A DNA stretch of 64,000 nucleotides from an uncultured Clostridia bacterium (GTDB lineage: Bacteria > Bacillota > Clostridia > Christensenellales > UBA1242), in contig CANRDW010000002.1 of the NCBI GenBank assembly GCA_947629505.1, positions 150 to 64,149 of the forward strand. Reading direction: 5' to 3'. The notes beneath the pieces were generated by a model that saw only the letters and a program-made list of their open reading frames with translations, ran no database searches and had not been told where the DNA came from. Shown one piece after another: positions 42,701-57,700 of this stretch. Numbering within the stretch: position 1 is the first letter of the stretch; every line of letters begins with the position of its first letter. A program made the translations under genes and the position numbers.

Positions 42701-45700
42701 CCGCAAGTTTATGATTAAAACTGCCGTTTTGCCAAGTGGCCCAGACGGCGCAAATGACAAGACTTTAAGAGCCAGATATGCATCTTCTGGTGATGGCGTG
42801 AACCTTTCAGTCACGGAAGTTGAAACTATTGACGGCGGACAAAATTTCAACCTTTCAATCACAGGCACAGACAGAGGCGGAGTTGGAAACTTGTATATTT
42901 TGCCAAATGACATGATAAAGCGTGTTGACGGCATTGACCAAGTTTTGATTTACAAATATGAATATGACGAAAATGGACAGTTGAAAGAAGAGAAAATTTC
43001 ATATATTCGCCTTGATAGATTTGAAAATTATTATGACGAAATCATTGCAGGCAGTGACAATTATTCAAATTATTTCTACAACAACGACAATGAAAGAATT
43101 TATTACAGCGATGTAATTTTAAATATTCCAATCATCATGGCAGATGGGCAAGAGATTGAAACTGCCGTTCGCGTTTACAGTGAAGAAGATCTTAAAAAGA
43201 TTGACAAAGCGCTTAAATATCGCGTCATGAACAACATCACCTTAAGCGGCTGGCAGGCTTATGACCAAATCACAGAAAATGGTGCAATTTTTGGCGACAA
43301 CGACAGCATTGTTTTGAATTTCACAAACGACAGCCAAAACTTTGTGGACACCTTGCGCGGACAAATCTTTGACCTTGTGCTCACGGGAGATGTCACAGTC
43401 GCAAATGGCGCTTATGCCGGCTTTATCGCAAGGGAAAATTATGGGACAATCTCAAATGTTCGTGTGGATGTAAACTACAACTCTAAAGACAGCAAATATG
43501 TTCCAAGCAGTTTGACATATAATGCCATAGGGGACTATGCCGGTGGACTTGTCGGAAATAACATGGGGACAATCACAAATTCTTATACCTATGGAATGAG
43601 CATCGTTGCAACAAACTCCACTTTTGTTGGTGGGCTTGTTGGAAGCAACTCGGGGCGCTTGGCAAACTGCGGCGTGGAATTTTACACCTTTGCAGCAAAC
43701 ACCTACAACACAATTGCTGTCGGAAACAATTGTAACTTTGGTGGACTTGTTGGACAGGTCGCATCCGCAGACAGCGTGATTTACAGAGATTATATCTATG
43801 CATATCCTTTCACAGAATCTAATGGTGGCACATATTCACAACTTGTTTTAAACAACACAGACAATGTGTCTATGTTTGTCGGCGCAACAGGGGAAAATGT
43901 TTCCAACACAATTGAAGAATGTTTTGGCTTTATGGGCGATTTGAACAAAATCGTGTCGGGCACTGCAACCTTTGTGAATTCTTATTATGTTAAAAACAAA
44001 AATTCAGAAGGATCAAGCAAGGACAAAACAATGATTTTCCTCACTGATGGAGAAGATATTAACGGCACAGAATATAATTCAAACAACTTGGAGGGCACTT
44101 ACAAAGAAACATTAGATCGCGACATTTGGGAACTTGACAATATTGACAATAGTGTCAACTTTGACATGATTTATCTTAAAAATAATGTTCAAAGCGCCGT
44201 GCTTGATATAAACAAGGTTAATTTCAAATCACAAAGTGACAAAATTGTCAGTGTTGATGGCAACAATGCATTTTTGTTCTATTATCAGCCACAAGCCACA
44301 ATTTCAGACCCAGCTGAAAGGTCAGAACTTACAACTCTCAACACAGTTTCGTTGACAGACATTTTTGATATTAAAGCATCTGAGCAAAAGAGTTTGATTA
44401 TTTCTTCAGTTTCTCAAAGTTTGGTTGTCAATGCAACATCTCTTAGAATTACAAACATTGAAAACAGTGTTGTGAAAATCAAAGCACACTCCAAAATGGA
44501 TTTGACACAAACAAAAGAGTTTAATGTTGTCATCACTTATGCACTTCCAACACTTACAACTCTTCTTGGGGGCTATGAACTTAGCGACAACGAAGTTGTA
44601 AGATTGCAGACAAGCAAATCAGCCACAGATGAAAAGATTTCAACGATTGTTCATGAATTGGATCACACAATTATGCTCAATGGAAATGCATATGCTTCTG
44701 TTGCACAAAATTCTTTATATCAAATTGCTTATGTAATATATGATGTTGAGACAGGGAATAAGTTATATAAATGCGACAATATTGGCTTTGCAAAAAGTGA
44801 ACTTTCTTTGATTATGACAGGAAAGAAAGTGACACAGACCCCTGTTTCAGTGCAAACCTTTGTTGAACTTAAAAATATTGCAAAAGATATGGATGCCGAC
44901 ACAACTGAAAAATACAACAATGCCATTCGAGAAAAACTTACAAGAAAGTTTCAAGTTTCAGTTTTCAATGGGGCGACAAATCTTTTGATTACAAACGCCA
45001 AGAAACTCAATTTCAGCCCTGTTGACCATGCAACTTTTGATGTTGACATCACAACGGACAACGAAGATGACAATCTTGTGTTTACACTTGAAATAGGCGG
45101 ACACACTTTCCAAAGTGACCACCTGTCAGAAGCACGCAGTTTTGATTTTGTCATCGACAGCACAAACGATCTTCATTTGTCTGTCATTTGGACGCCAAAC
45201 ACAGAAAAAACAAAATATTCTGTTTCAGTTTTTGTGCCTTATGTGGAAAGATATAAGGTTGTCCAAGAATATGACTTCTCTTTGTCAGTCAACGCACTCA
45301 GCCAGATTGACAACGACATGTATGTAAACACTGTTGATTTAAAACTTGTGCCAGAATATGTAAATTCAATCAATATTGACATTTACAACATTCAAACAAG
45401 AAGAAGTGTAAACAACACAATGTATTACACACAATCTTCAAACAAAACAAACTCAATCATTCCGTCAAGCGATGCAATTTTGACTGTTCACATGACTCCA
45501 GAATTTGCACTTGCAACACATTTCACTTTGACATATACTGTTGAGAACAGTTCTCAGCCAAACGCAGCAGTTCAAATTATGAAACTCACCGAAAATCAAA
45601 ACTTTGGCTTGTATTTAAACAGTGCCGGCACATCTTCTTTGGGCAATGGACTTAGAGTGAACATAAGCGATGCTGATAGACAAGGAAAAGGTTATTATTA

Positions 45701-48700
45701 TTTCAGAGTTTATGCTTCAAATATATTCAAAGACAACTCAACAATTGTGTTCACAACAACTTTCTACAATGGCGAAGATGAGCTTTACACTGCCTCGGAA
45801 AAACTTGGAATAGACTTTATGCAAGATGCTCAAATCACGATAGACGGGCAGGCTGTGTCATCTTATCTCATTGCAAAAAGCACATCAACGGAGATTGAAG
45901 TCACTGTTGGGAAAAATCAGACTGTGATGCTTTCTCTTCAAAACAATGGCGCAGGAATTTCACTTGTGCTTGGAGATGACAGAGAAGAGGGCAATTTCCG
46001 CATCTACAAAGCGACTGTTGTTGCAAGAGCGAATGCAAAAGTCATGGGGGATAATGGACAGCAACAAAGCACGGGCGTGTTCTATGTGCGCGCTGGTGTA
46101 AGTCGCGTCATCGATGGCGTGCCTGACATTAAATACACTTCAGTCAAAATGAATCTTTTGGATTTCACAATTGACCCACAAGGAATTTCTGTCAGAGGCT
46201 CTCACAACACCACAACCTACAATCAAAGCACATATGACGCTTTCTATGTTTACAGAGGGGCGCCAAACCCACTTGAATTTGATTACACACTTCTTCCACA
46301 GACATATGATATAGATGAATCAAATCCAGAAGAAGTTGATGCTATCAAAGAGATAGAGGCTGAAAAAGAAAAATTCTTGTTAAACAATTATTATGAAAAA
46401 GAAGGATCTAGTTATCATATAAACTACACTTATGATGTTACAACAAACAAATATACAGAACTTACTTTAAAAGAACAACTTGCATATGCAAGAAACGAAT
46501 ATGACACCGAAAGTATTTACAATCCTGTGACAGACGGGATCAATCGCAACGATTTGTTTACAATTGAAAGAAAAAATATAACCAAAGATGGCAAACAAAT
46601 CGAACAACTTGTGTTCACAGGGCTCAACACAGGCAAACAACTTATGCGTCTTGAAACACTCGTTTGGTATGATGACCAGTTGATTGCAAGAATTCCATAT
46701 TTCTTTGTTGTTGTGGTTGACACTTACTATGATGAAGAAAACCCTGTTGCAATCACATCTCAAGAAGATTTAGAAAGGTTCGCAGATCCAAATAGAACAG
46801 ATGCAAAGGCAGAGGACTACATCTTGATGAACGATATTGTGCTTGAAAATTACACTCCACTTTCAACAGCGATGTTCAACAGTTTGGATGGCAATGGCTA
46901 TGTGATTCACTTAAACAGTTTTGCAAAGCCAAGCGTTGAAGATGGAAGTTTCAGTCTGGCGATGTTTAGTGAAGTCACCGCAAACACCACATTGAAAAAC
47001 ATTTGCGTCAACATCTATCAGGGTGGGCAACTTAAAGTAAATGTTTCAAGAAACACGGGCTATTCAACAGTCAATGTTGCGGGCTTTGCGCTTGTCAACA
47101 ACGGCATAATTTACAACTGCGAAGTTGTGGCTTACAAGAGTGATTATCAGACAGTAACTGTCGCAAATCCTGGGCTTAATGTTGTTTATACAAACGGCGA
47201 AAATGACACAGAAATACAACTCAACGAGAACATGGGCATTGAAGAGAGTTTTGTTGCGGGCTTTGTCATTGAAAACAACCTTTCAATCGTAAATTCGCGC
47301 GTTGGCGGAGAGAATTTCGAACATATTGTCAACATTGCCGGAGTGGATTATATCGAGACCTTAGATCTTGACTATTTCAACATCAGGGGGCAAGTTAATG
47401 TTGCAGGCTTTATTGCAAACAACTATGGAAAAATAAGTGCATCCTATGCTGACAATGTTGCAATTTACAACATGATGGACTCAAACGCAGCGGAAACAGC
47501 GGGATTTGCTCTTTACAACACTTCAAGCATTGAAGAAAGTTATGTTGAAGGGGCAGGCGGCGGCCGTGATGGAGATGAAATTGTCATCACCCACAGCCTC
47601 ACAAAAATCAACGTTAAGGGCGGCTTTGTTGCAGGATTTATCTATGACAACTCTGGCGTTGTTAAAAACAGTTATGCAAACATCGCAATTGAAAACACAT
47701 CTTACAAGCCATCTTATCTTGCGGGCTTTGTTTACAGAAACAACCCAGGCGCACTTGTCACATTGTGCTTTACAGCATGCGAAATTCAAAATATAGACGC
47801 TCAACAACGCCCATTCTCAGGCGTGAGCGGAGATGACTCTCTCAACGAGGGCACAATTTCATACAGTTATTATTACAGCAGATCAAGCGATTCTGTGACA
47901 GACGAAAGCAGATACACTACGGGCATCACCCCTGTTTCAGACCTTACAGTTGATCCAGAAAACTTGTTGTATGGCTTCAGTTTCACATCTGGAAACGGCC
48001 AAAGCAATGGTATTTGGGAGAAAACTGACTTTGGTATTGTGCTTGTAAATCCAAACAAAATTGCAATTTCAAACAGATATATGGTTGTTGTGAATGACAC
48101 AGAACAGTTTATTTACAACACTGCTGTCAGAGATGTTTCAACCTTGCTTCCAGTTGATTTGTCATATGGCAGTGAAAAGAATCCAATTATAATAAGATCG
48201 GCATCAGACTTTGTTTTGGCAATGGGCAAGGCTCAGTCCAGAGAAATATCTTCTTATCTTCAATATTATTCTTCAACAGAAGTTTGGGGGAATTATAGAT
48301 TTGTCAATGACGTTGTGTTTGATGACACAATCGAACAAAACCCTCAAACAATCGAACAAACAGAGGGAAGATACAATCTCACTACAACTTCCAAAACCTT
48401 TAGAGGAAACTTGACCGGAAACGGTTTCACACTTTCTGGGCTGCGTTTGTCAAGTTCTCAACAGGCTGAAAATTATGGCTTGTTTGCAAAGTTAGATTCA
48501 GCAGATATCATCAATCTTAATCTTGAAGTTGAATATGTCAACTCCGATGCTTCTGTTGTGGGCATTTTGGCAGGCACAGCAATTGATTCAAACATCATTT
48601 CAGTTTCAGTTGTTCCATATGGAATTCAGGATGAAATAAGAGTCAACGGTGAAAATGTCGTTGGCGGACTTGTGGGAATGTTGTTTGGGGAAAGCAAAGT

Positions 48701-51700
48701 GCAAGATGTCAGCATCTCCAACATATATGTAGAATCCGCAGATTATGAAGTTAAAAATATCACATCAAACAAAGAAAACATAGGCAGACTCCGTGATTTG
48801 ATAAAAAACAGACAGTCTATTGCAAATCAAACGACACGCCTTTCATACACAGGGGCTGTGATTGGCTTTGTGGACACATATTCAATCATGAACAACAGCA
48901 CTGTCAAATTTGAAACATCAATTCGCGTAAAAGATTTTGACGTTTTGAATGTTCATGTAACTGGCTTTGTAAATATTTATGGTGAAGTTGCCGGAGGCTT
49001 GTTTGGTTATGTTGGTGATTCCACAAAAGTGTATGACGCAAGTTTGAAAATCGATGCAGACGCCGCAAGAAGCACCAATCCATCTTATATCATTGCAAAA
49101 AATCTGTATGCTGGTGGGCTTGTTGGGGAAAACTATGGCGGCCTGTTTGCAGTTTATGCACAATATTCAGATGACATTCAAAATGCAATTGAGGCGGGCG
49201 AAAATAGTTATTATATGAATGGCGCAAATGTAGAGCGCGGGCAAGATTCCATTTTCTCTTACACAGAAGCCGACAGAGAGTTTGCCGATATCGAAACTAA
49301 ATATGATGACCCATTGGCAATTGGCGGACTTGTTGGCTATATGGGCGCTGGATATATATATGTTGGTTACAGCAAACTCAATGTAATCACACGCTCAGAC
49401 AAAACAATGGCAATTGGCGGCATTGTGGGAATGCTCTCTTCAAGTGGCATAGTCACAAAAGTTGAGTCTGTTCAAGGCACTCCAAATGTAAATGTTGTTT
49501 TGAATGACGTTTATGCATCTGGCGATGTTCACTTTGACACATCAAACAATGCAGGAAAGAACTCAGCCGGGATTGTGGGCGCAATAACTGATGCATCTTC
49601 TTCAACAATGCCTACAATTGTGCTTAGAAATGTTATGGCGATGAATTATCTTGGCGTTGCAAACAATCAATTGATTGGTGACACAGCCGGTTTTACAGAC
49701 GCAGAAACATCTATTAACAGCACAAACCATTTCATGTTGATTGGGAATCTGTTTAAATATTCAAATGGTTTACTTTCAAATGTTGACATGCTCAACACAG
49801 ATATTTACATCGTTCGAGATGATGCATCTTATGTAAATTTAAACAGATATCCAGATGATGGAGTTAGTGATGGCATTCACAACACAGTCGGCGGCTACAA
49901 CAATCTCTCACTTGGACAGGGCGACCAAGCAAGACACATACAAATTAAGCCATTCGCATTCAATTTCAATGTCTCTGGAGATCCAAATACAGTTGTTATG
50001 CGAGATTTGGTTGTGGCAGTGCATATTGGCGAAAGTGATATGCAAAGTGCAACACCAGGGGATTTATCTACGCCATCAATTTACTTTAAGAGTTATTTCC
50101 TTGAAAGAGGATGGGAATCTCAATATTGGATTCATGACGGCAACAAACTCTTCCCAGAAATTGAACTTTTGCCAAGATCAAATGTTGTGACATGGGATGT
50201 TTACAACACAGAAGAGGTTATTGACAAAGTTAGCAAAAACAAAGAAATAACTATTGTGCTTAGAGGAAAACTTTACAATCAAGAAAACTCAAATGATTAT
50301 ACAGATATTGATATAAGAAAGGGCGCAACACAGGGGAATGTTCCAATGGCAGATCTTTATGATGATTTGCAGGAAGCGTTCCGAAATTTTAAAGGCACTT
50401 TGATTTCTTATTATCAAATGGAACACAGAGATGACTGCGCATTAAATAAAGAAGCAAATGAGTTTGGTGGAAAGCCAGACCCAGAAAAAAGGGTTGATCC
50501 GGGGCTTATTGTGGATGCGCCGCTCATTACAGCAACTGAACCTCTCACAGGGTTGAATATCAATGGAATAAATTTCTATTTCTGTAAATCTGACAATCAA
50601 GAAACAATCAATTATGCGCTTTTAGGAAATGCTCCAGTGTCAAATAATTCAGTTCTTCGAAATGTTTCTTTGATTTACAATGACCCTGTTGCAATAGAGG
50701 CAAGCGAAAATGGTAATGTTGGGCTTGTCACAACAAGCACAATCACAAGCACATCTGTTATCAACACAACAATTGTTGTCAGAGAAAAAGCCAATTCAAC
50801 TGGACCAAATATCACTCTTGGAAGTGGTGATTCATACGCTAAGTTTGTGGGACTTATTGCAGGGAAAATTATCATGGACTCACAGAACGACAGTGCCTCT
50901 GTTTCTGGCCTTAGCATCACAAAAGAAACTGCTAATAACACAACAGGCAGCAGTGAAGACGATGATGCTAAAAAAGTTAAAGTGGAAATTAAAACTAATC
51001 CAACGGCTGATTCAACGGCTGAGCAAAATCTTGATGTGTTTGTTGGGCTTTTCGCCGGACAAATATATAAAACCCAAGGGGCAAGCAAAACTCTCAACCT
51101 TGGTTTCAATCAATTAAACGATCTTAAGGTGACCATAACAGCCGCTGGTGAAACAAAAGGCTTTGAAGGAAACTTATATGTCGGTGGCTTTGTAGGGCAA
51201 TTGTCAGATGCCGACAGAATTGTCTTTGAAGGCGCATCTTCTGGCGAAACAAATGGATTCACCATGGTGATCGATTCTTCCGTTAGCAAGAATTTATATG
51301 CCGGAGGTGTGTTTGGACAAGTTGCAAGCGGAAGCGATGTGCATATAAGTGTTGACGGGAATTCAAATCTTGTTTACACAAACAATTTATACTTAAATTC
51401 TGAAAAAACAATCTCGGGTGAGGCAAATATAGGTGGAATTATTGGTGAAACAGGGATAAATGTTTTTATCTCAAATTTAAAAACACGATTTGGGCTTGGC
51501 ACTTCCACTAAAAAATCTGTTGATAGATCTGCGTTTGAAACATTTAAATATGACGATTATCTGCCTAAAAATGATAACAATGATGTCAATCTCTTAAATC
51601 CATTTGTGGTTAAAAATGCAAATATTGGCGGCATGATTGGAAAAGTTTCTGGTGGAATAACTCAAATTTTAAGAACCAGCACAGTTGATGGATCGATTGA

Positions 51701-54700
51701 TGTTGCTATAAACGGAGAAGGCACAGTCAATGTTGGCGGATATATTGGTGATGCATACGGCGATGTTATTGTCAACGCACCTAACGCTAAAAACTCTTTA
51801 AATATTTCAGTTTATCAAAAAGATAATAATCAAGACATGGCAAATATTGGCGGAATTGTTGGGAGATTCAATCAAGGCAGTGGCTCTCCACTCAACAATA
51901 TCACAATAAATGATGGGGCTTCTGACGGCCAATGGACCAACTACACAGGCATTGTTTTAGCGGCTGTTAAAACCATCAATTTTGGTGGTGCAGTTGGCTT
52001 TATGAACAAGCAAGATTTCAGCACTGCAAGCACTTTCAACAATGTTGCATTTGGTGGGGCTCTTGAAGTTTGGGACAACGGCACAATTGCTGGTGGCACT
52101 GTTCAAGTTGGTGGCGTGATTGGGGCATATGATCAACAAACAAATTCTGAACCTGATGAAACCCCTTCAACAGGTCATGATACAATCACAAATGCGCGCA
52201 CTTATGGCGATGTGTTTGTAAACTATAAGATGTATGACAACGGAACATATCTCAACAACAAACTCGCCACTTACTATTTTGGCGGAATTGTTGGCTATGC
52301 AGTAAATGTAAGTGTTGAAAACTGCTCAACAATCATGACTTCTTTCAACAGCAGATTGTCAACGGGCAACACTGCAGGCTCTAATATTGGTGTCTATGGA
52401 GTCAATGCAATTGTTGGTGCAGATAATGGGCAAGTCACATACAAAAACAACAAATATTCTTCTGGCGTTATGATGACATATCAAGTTGAAGAGAACAATA
52501 AAGATTGCTATTATGGGGATCAAGATGATTCCTCATATGAATATTATGGCTACACAAATAAGACAACAGAATCAGTGTCAACTGATAATAATGATAAGAT
52601 TTTAAAAGATTTTCAATCATTTGTATCTGGGTGTCAAAAATTGAATCCTGTAAAATTAAGTGCAATAACGATAAAAGTTGAAGACAATGAAGGAGATGAC
52701 TTACAAACAAAAGGAGATTTCATAAAAACCTATACATCCACATCATCTTCAAATTCAACTGAATTAAATTCTTATCACAACATCTCTTGGCTTTATGTGG
52801 GTGGTGATTTGTCGCTCTCTTCTTTGGGCAGCAACATCACAGATATTGTGATTGTCGGGAATGGACACACAGTCACTGTCACAGACAATGGAGCATATAC
52901 GGATGAATTGTTTAAGGGCGCATTGGTTGACACAATGGGTGCATTTGCTAGCACAAATGATGTTGATGAAGGGGAAAATGGATTTGAGGCAAAAATTCCA
53001 AACTTCACAGCAATCACAGGCATGAAGTTAAATCTTAAAGTTGAAAAAGCAGATGTAAATATAACAGAAGGCAACACAAACAATCCATCATATGGCGGCG
53101 TGACCGGTGTGACAAACGGCAATTCCTTTATCTATGGCGTTGGCGTGACCGGGCAACTCTCTGTTGGTGGCGCTAATGTTGAGGGATATAGTCTTAGACT
53201 TGGCGGGATTGTCGGCACAATGAAATTTGGCATGATCGATGAATGCTATATGGATGCAACTGTTTCTTATCGTGGAAATGTGGGCGGATTTTTGAGTGGC
53301 ATTGCAAACACAGATCAATACAACACAACAATCAAAAACACCTATTCTTCAGGTTTGCTTGAAACATTTGCGGATGTTAATATTTACACACTTGCATATT
53401 CGGAACAAGATAGCAGCGCAGCAACATCAAACGACATTATGGATGTATATTCAATTTCTCAAATAAAAGTGACAAACTTGCTTGAAAACAACACATCTTC
53501 ATCGACAGAGATATATTTTGTGAACACAGATGCCTTTTCTCAATTTGGACAACACTTAAATGGCACAGCGGCAGTGACAACGAATTATACAGCAATTGGG
53601 CAAATGGCTTTGGCATATAGCGAGGCAAATAAGACAGCGCAAAGTTATAGCATCAAAACTCCTAAATATGATGGAAATGGTTCAAAACTAGAAGTTGATG
53701 ATGGCGACAAAACTCCAACTCCATGGTATTTCTCGCCATATGTAAACTATGGCTATGCTTCACACGGCTTTGGCTACCTTAAAAATGTGACAACATACAC
53801 AGAAACAGACGGCGTCTATTCACAAGTGTCATATGATGTTTTGACGACAACAAATTATCAAGATGGCTGGTACCTTGGCGTGCCAAATGTTGGCAAGTTT
53901 GAACAGATGGTTGACACGGTGAAAGAAGAGTATGAGTCAAACTATAAGTTCCTTTTGAAATATAATATTGACATGTCAAAGAAAGCCGACAGCCTCACAT
54001 TCGGGCAGAACATTGGCGCAAAAGACAAAGGCTTTGTTTTTGATGGAGATGGACATACTTTGGACTTTGCAATGGCTGGAACATTAAACGCACCACTGTT
54101 TGGCGATGTGACCGGCGAAATCAAAAATCTCAGATTGGCGGACATCTCAACATCGGGCAATGATGGCGTTGCAACTTTGGCAAAAACCATGAATGGCAGC
54201 CTTAACAACATCACAGCAATAGGAAGTGTGACTTCTGGCGCAAGTGTTGTTGGTGGCGTGGTTGCCACCCTTAATAGCAGTGCGGACAAGATTCAGTCAC
54301 TTGTCAACATCACCAAAACTGGCGGCGGAATTGTCGGCGGAATTGCCGGTGTGCTGAACAATGCAACAATCTCCAATTCTTCAAACAGCGGACAAATTGT
54401 AAGCACGGGAAGTGGCACAACAGGTTTGACGTTTAAAACTATGGACACTGAAACAAAAACAACAACAGTTGAAGGTGAGGAAACAGTTGTTAAAAGAGAA
54501 GGAACTGCAAACTCTCAAAAAAATGGAGAAGATAAATCACTTGGCAATATTGCCGGCGGGGTTGTCGGCTATGCAAATGGTGGCACAGTTAAAAATTCTT
54601 ACAACGCAAACGCTGTTTTAAGCGGCTTTACAGACTCAACCACAGGAAATTATCTTGCTGGCGGGGTTGTCGGCTATGCAAGTGGCACAACAATCAACAG

Positions 54701-57700
54701 TTCTTACAACACAGGGCTTGTTGGCGCGGGGAATTACGGCGACACGGAAACATATGCGCTTGCCGGTGGAATTTTCGGCTATGGCGTTAATATAACGCTT
54801 GGCAAGGCTGACGGAAATGATGTTGGCTGCATCAATGACGGCGCCGTTCAAGCAATAAATCAAGTTAATGAAAATAATTATTCAATTAAATTCGAACTAA
54901 ATGAAAAAAATCAAGGAAAAGAAACTTATCTTGACACTGATGGTTTTGATCAAAGACCTTCTCCTTTAGTCTATAATGTGACTATGACATACAATGCTGG
55001 CAGTGACAGAAAAGTGTATGCCTTTGGTCTTGGCTACTCATATGGCGGAAGCATCAGTGATTCTCAATCTTCAATTGACAATATCAAAAATGATGGCAAT
55101 ATTGGACAATATATAGATGACACAAAAACCATGACTTTTGACCGCGAAACTTGGATGGACGACAATACTGAATATGAAGCAAAATTTGCAGTTCAAAATG
55201 GCAGCAATATTGGTGAAGATGGAAATGGGCAAAGTTATTCCATTGGTGATGTAGTTGGTGATGTAGGAGGCAAATTTTATGTTAATGGGCGTGATAACTA
55301 TGGATTCCCAGCCCGCATTTATCTCACCGATACTATGACAAGAAGATTGAATTATGAAGCAACTAAAAGATTTTATAACATGGTGAAAGTGCAAATGGAA
55401 TATACCCGTCAAAAGAAAAAACAGATTTTTGGTTTTACATTCACTAAATCTAGTATTTGGGATTATGATAGTGAATCGGGAAAGTGGGCGTGGACTGGCG
55501 CTAAATGGGGAGAAGTTAGAGAAGGCAGAGGTTTGGGTGATGTAAAAGATATATTTGATTATATTCGCGACAGCGGTTATAACTATTTTGGAGTAGCTTC
55601 TAAGGATGATAAGAACTACTACAGTTTTAATTCGGATACTACAATTGGTTATTACACAGATCAATTATATCGAAATTATAACAACGATGTACCAAAGACT
55701 ATGCAAGGTTATTTTGAAGGACAGAGCAAATACTATTATAGCCCACAAAACAACAATTTTGAATCTGATAAGAGTCTTGTTCTTGATGACAATGGAAACC
55801 CGGATCTTGATGAAAGGGGAAACCCGCAGGTTAAACTGAATTATGATGCAATTCACGAAAGTGAGATATATAATTTCCAATCTGACACAACCTTCTATGC
55901 AAGCACAGAATTCTCTGAATATAATGAGATTTTGAGAAAAATAGATTTGATAAGTAATGAAACAAATATTACTAATGAAGCAAACAAATATCCAATTAAA
56001 CAAGAATCAAGCGAAGACTCAGGCTCAATAGTAAATATTGAAGCAGAAATACAAAAGATTGATCAAAAACTGCAAAAAACTGAAGAACAAAGCGTAAAAG
56101 AGATGACTGTCAATGGCAAGAAAGTTGCAATCATTGAAAACAATTTCAATATGAAGGCTGTATATACTCCTTATTATGCAACTTTTGAACAAAAAGTAAA
56201 AATACCTGAAGATCCCGATACCGTACTTACTGCTCCTGCACTTACAAAGAATAACTTTGAAATTACAGTTGAAGGATGTGCAGATGGAGTTGGCCTTTCA
56301 TATTATGTAATACAAGATCCTATTAAGAACGAGGACGGAACTTACACAATAAAAGGAACATTATATTTCAATGATGATCCAGGAAATAACTGTAAATGCG
56401 TAATAAATGTCACTTATGACACTCCAATCACAAGCGTGCAATTGCGTAAAAACGATGTCCAATATTTGGACAATGAATTAAAGATAAATCTTGACCGTTA
56501 TATGGAAGATTTTGAAAATAGAGGTTTTGATAAACAAAATATCAGCGAAGTAGCACTTTTTGATGGTGAGCAATGTGTATATATAAAATCTATAGAAGAT
56601 AATGATAAACAACAGGGGAAAAGATTGAATCCTAATTGGGAAGGCAACAATACTCTTGTTATAGATGATTTTTCTGGATCCTTAGGAGATGCAACAGATT
56701 TGAGAATAAGTTTTATCGTAACAACAAGTATAGAGGTCTCCGTCTATAGATTGGATTTAAAGATCAACAATATATCTTCATCTGATGAAATAAAAGTGTC
56801 ATTGGTTGATTTACCACAGAAACCAACCGACCTTACTTTTATTGAAGAGGGTGAAGAATTGACAAAAGAGCAAATTAATGACTTAATCAAATTAACAGAA
56901 AATAGAGAGGGTGAAGCCCTTGTTGGGCTTTCATATGATTTGTCTAACCTTGTTTTGCAGGCAAATGGCAAATTAGCGTTTGGTGATGAAAATTATAATT
57001 TCAACTACACTACTAAAGATAGTTGGAAAAACACCTTACAACCTGAGGATGACAATTTGACCCTTAACTTTGAAGGCAACACATTGAAAGTGTCTGGAAG
57101 TGAAGAAGATTTAAATAAATTTAAGGAGACTTTCCAAGCATTCACGAGTTACAGAAGAACAGAGGGGCCTATCAAACCTAATGATTTTACAGGAAACAGC
57201 GATCCAAACAGTTCTAGCAGTGATCAAGGCGTTGATCTTGGAGATTTTGCTTCACTTAGAGAACATTTTAAACTGGCAGGAGATGAGGCATGGAATAGGG
57301 CTTCAATGGATTGGAATGATTTCGATAATCAACTGGCAAGCACTCAGGTTTCTAGAAAACCATATGCTAGTTACTTCGGCTTAGATTTCTACGAAGTAGA
57401 TGCCAAGTTCACTTATGAACTTACATCTTTGCAACTCACGTTTAATTCAAGTCAACTTTACAAAGGATTTACTCTTAAAGTTGGGGACAAATATGTTCGT
57501 CAAGGGACAACAAGCGACTATATAAGTGAACCTATCAATTTGTTTGACCATGTTGACCGTGCAAACTTGGGGAGCAATGAAGTTTCTTTGACAGTGAATG
57601 ATGTTGAGTTTGCTCAAACAGAATTTTCAATTGGATCATATCTTGCTTTGTCTGGGAATGGTTATCAATATAGTGTAACAAAAAACACAACGGAAACATG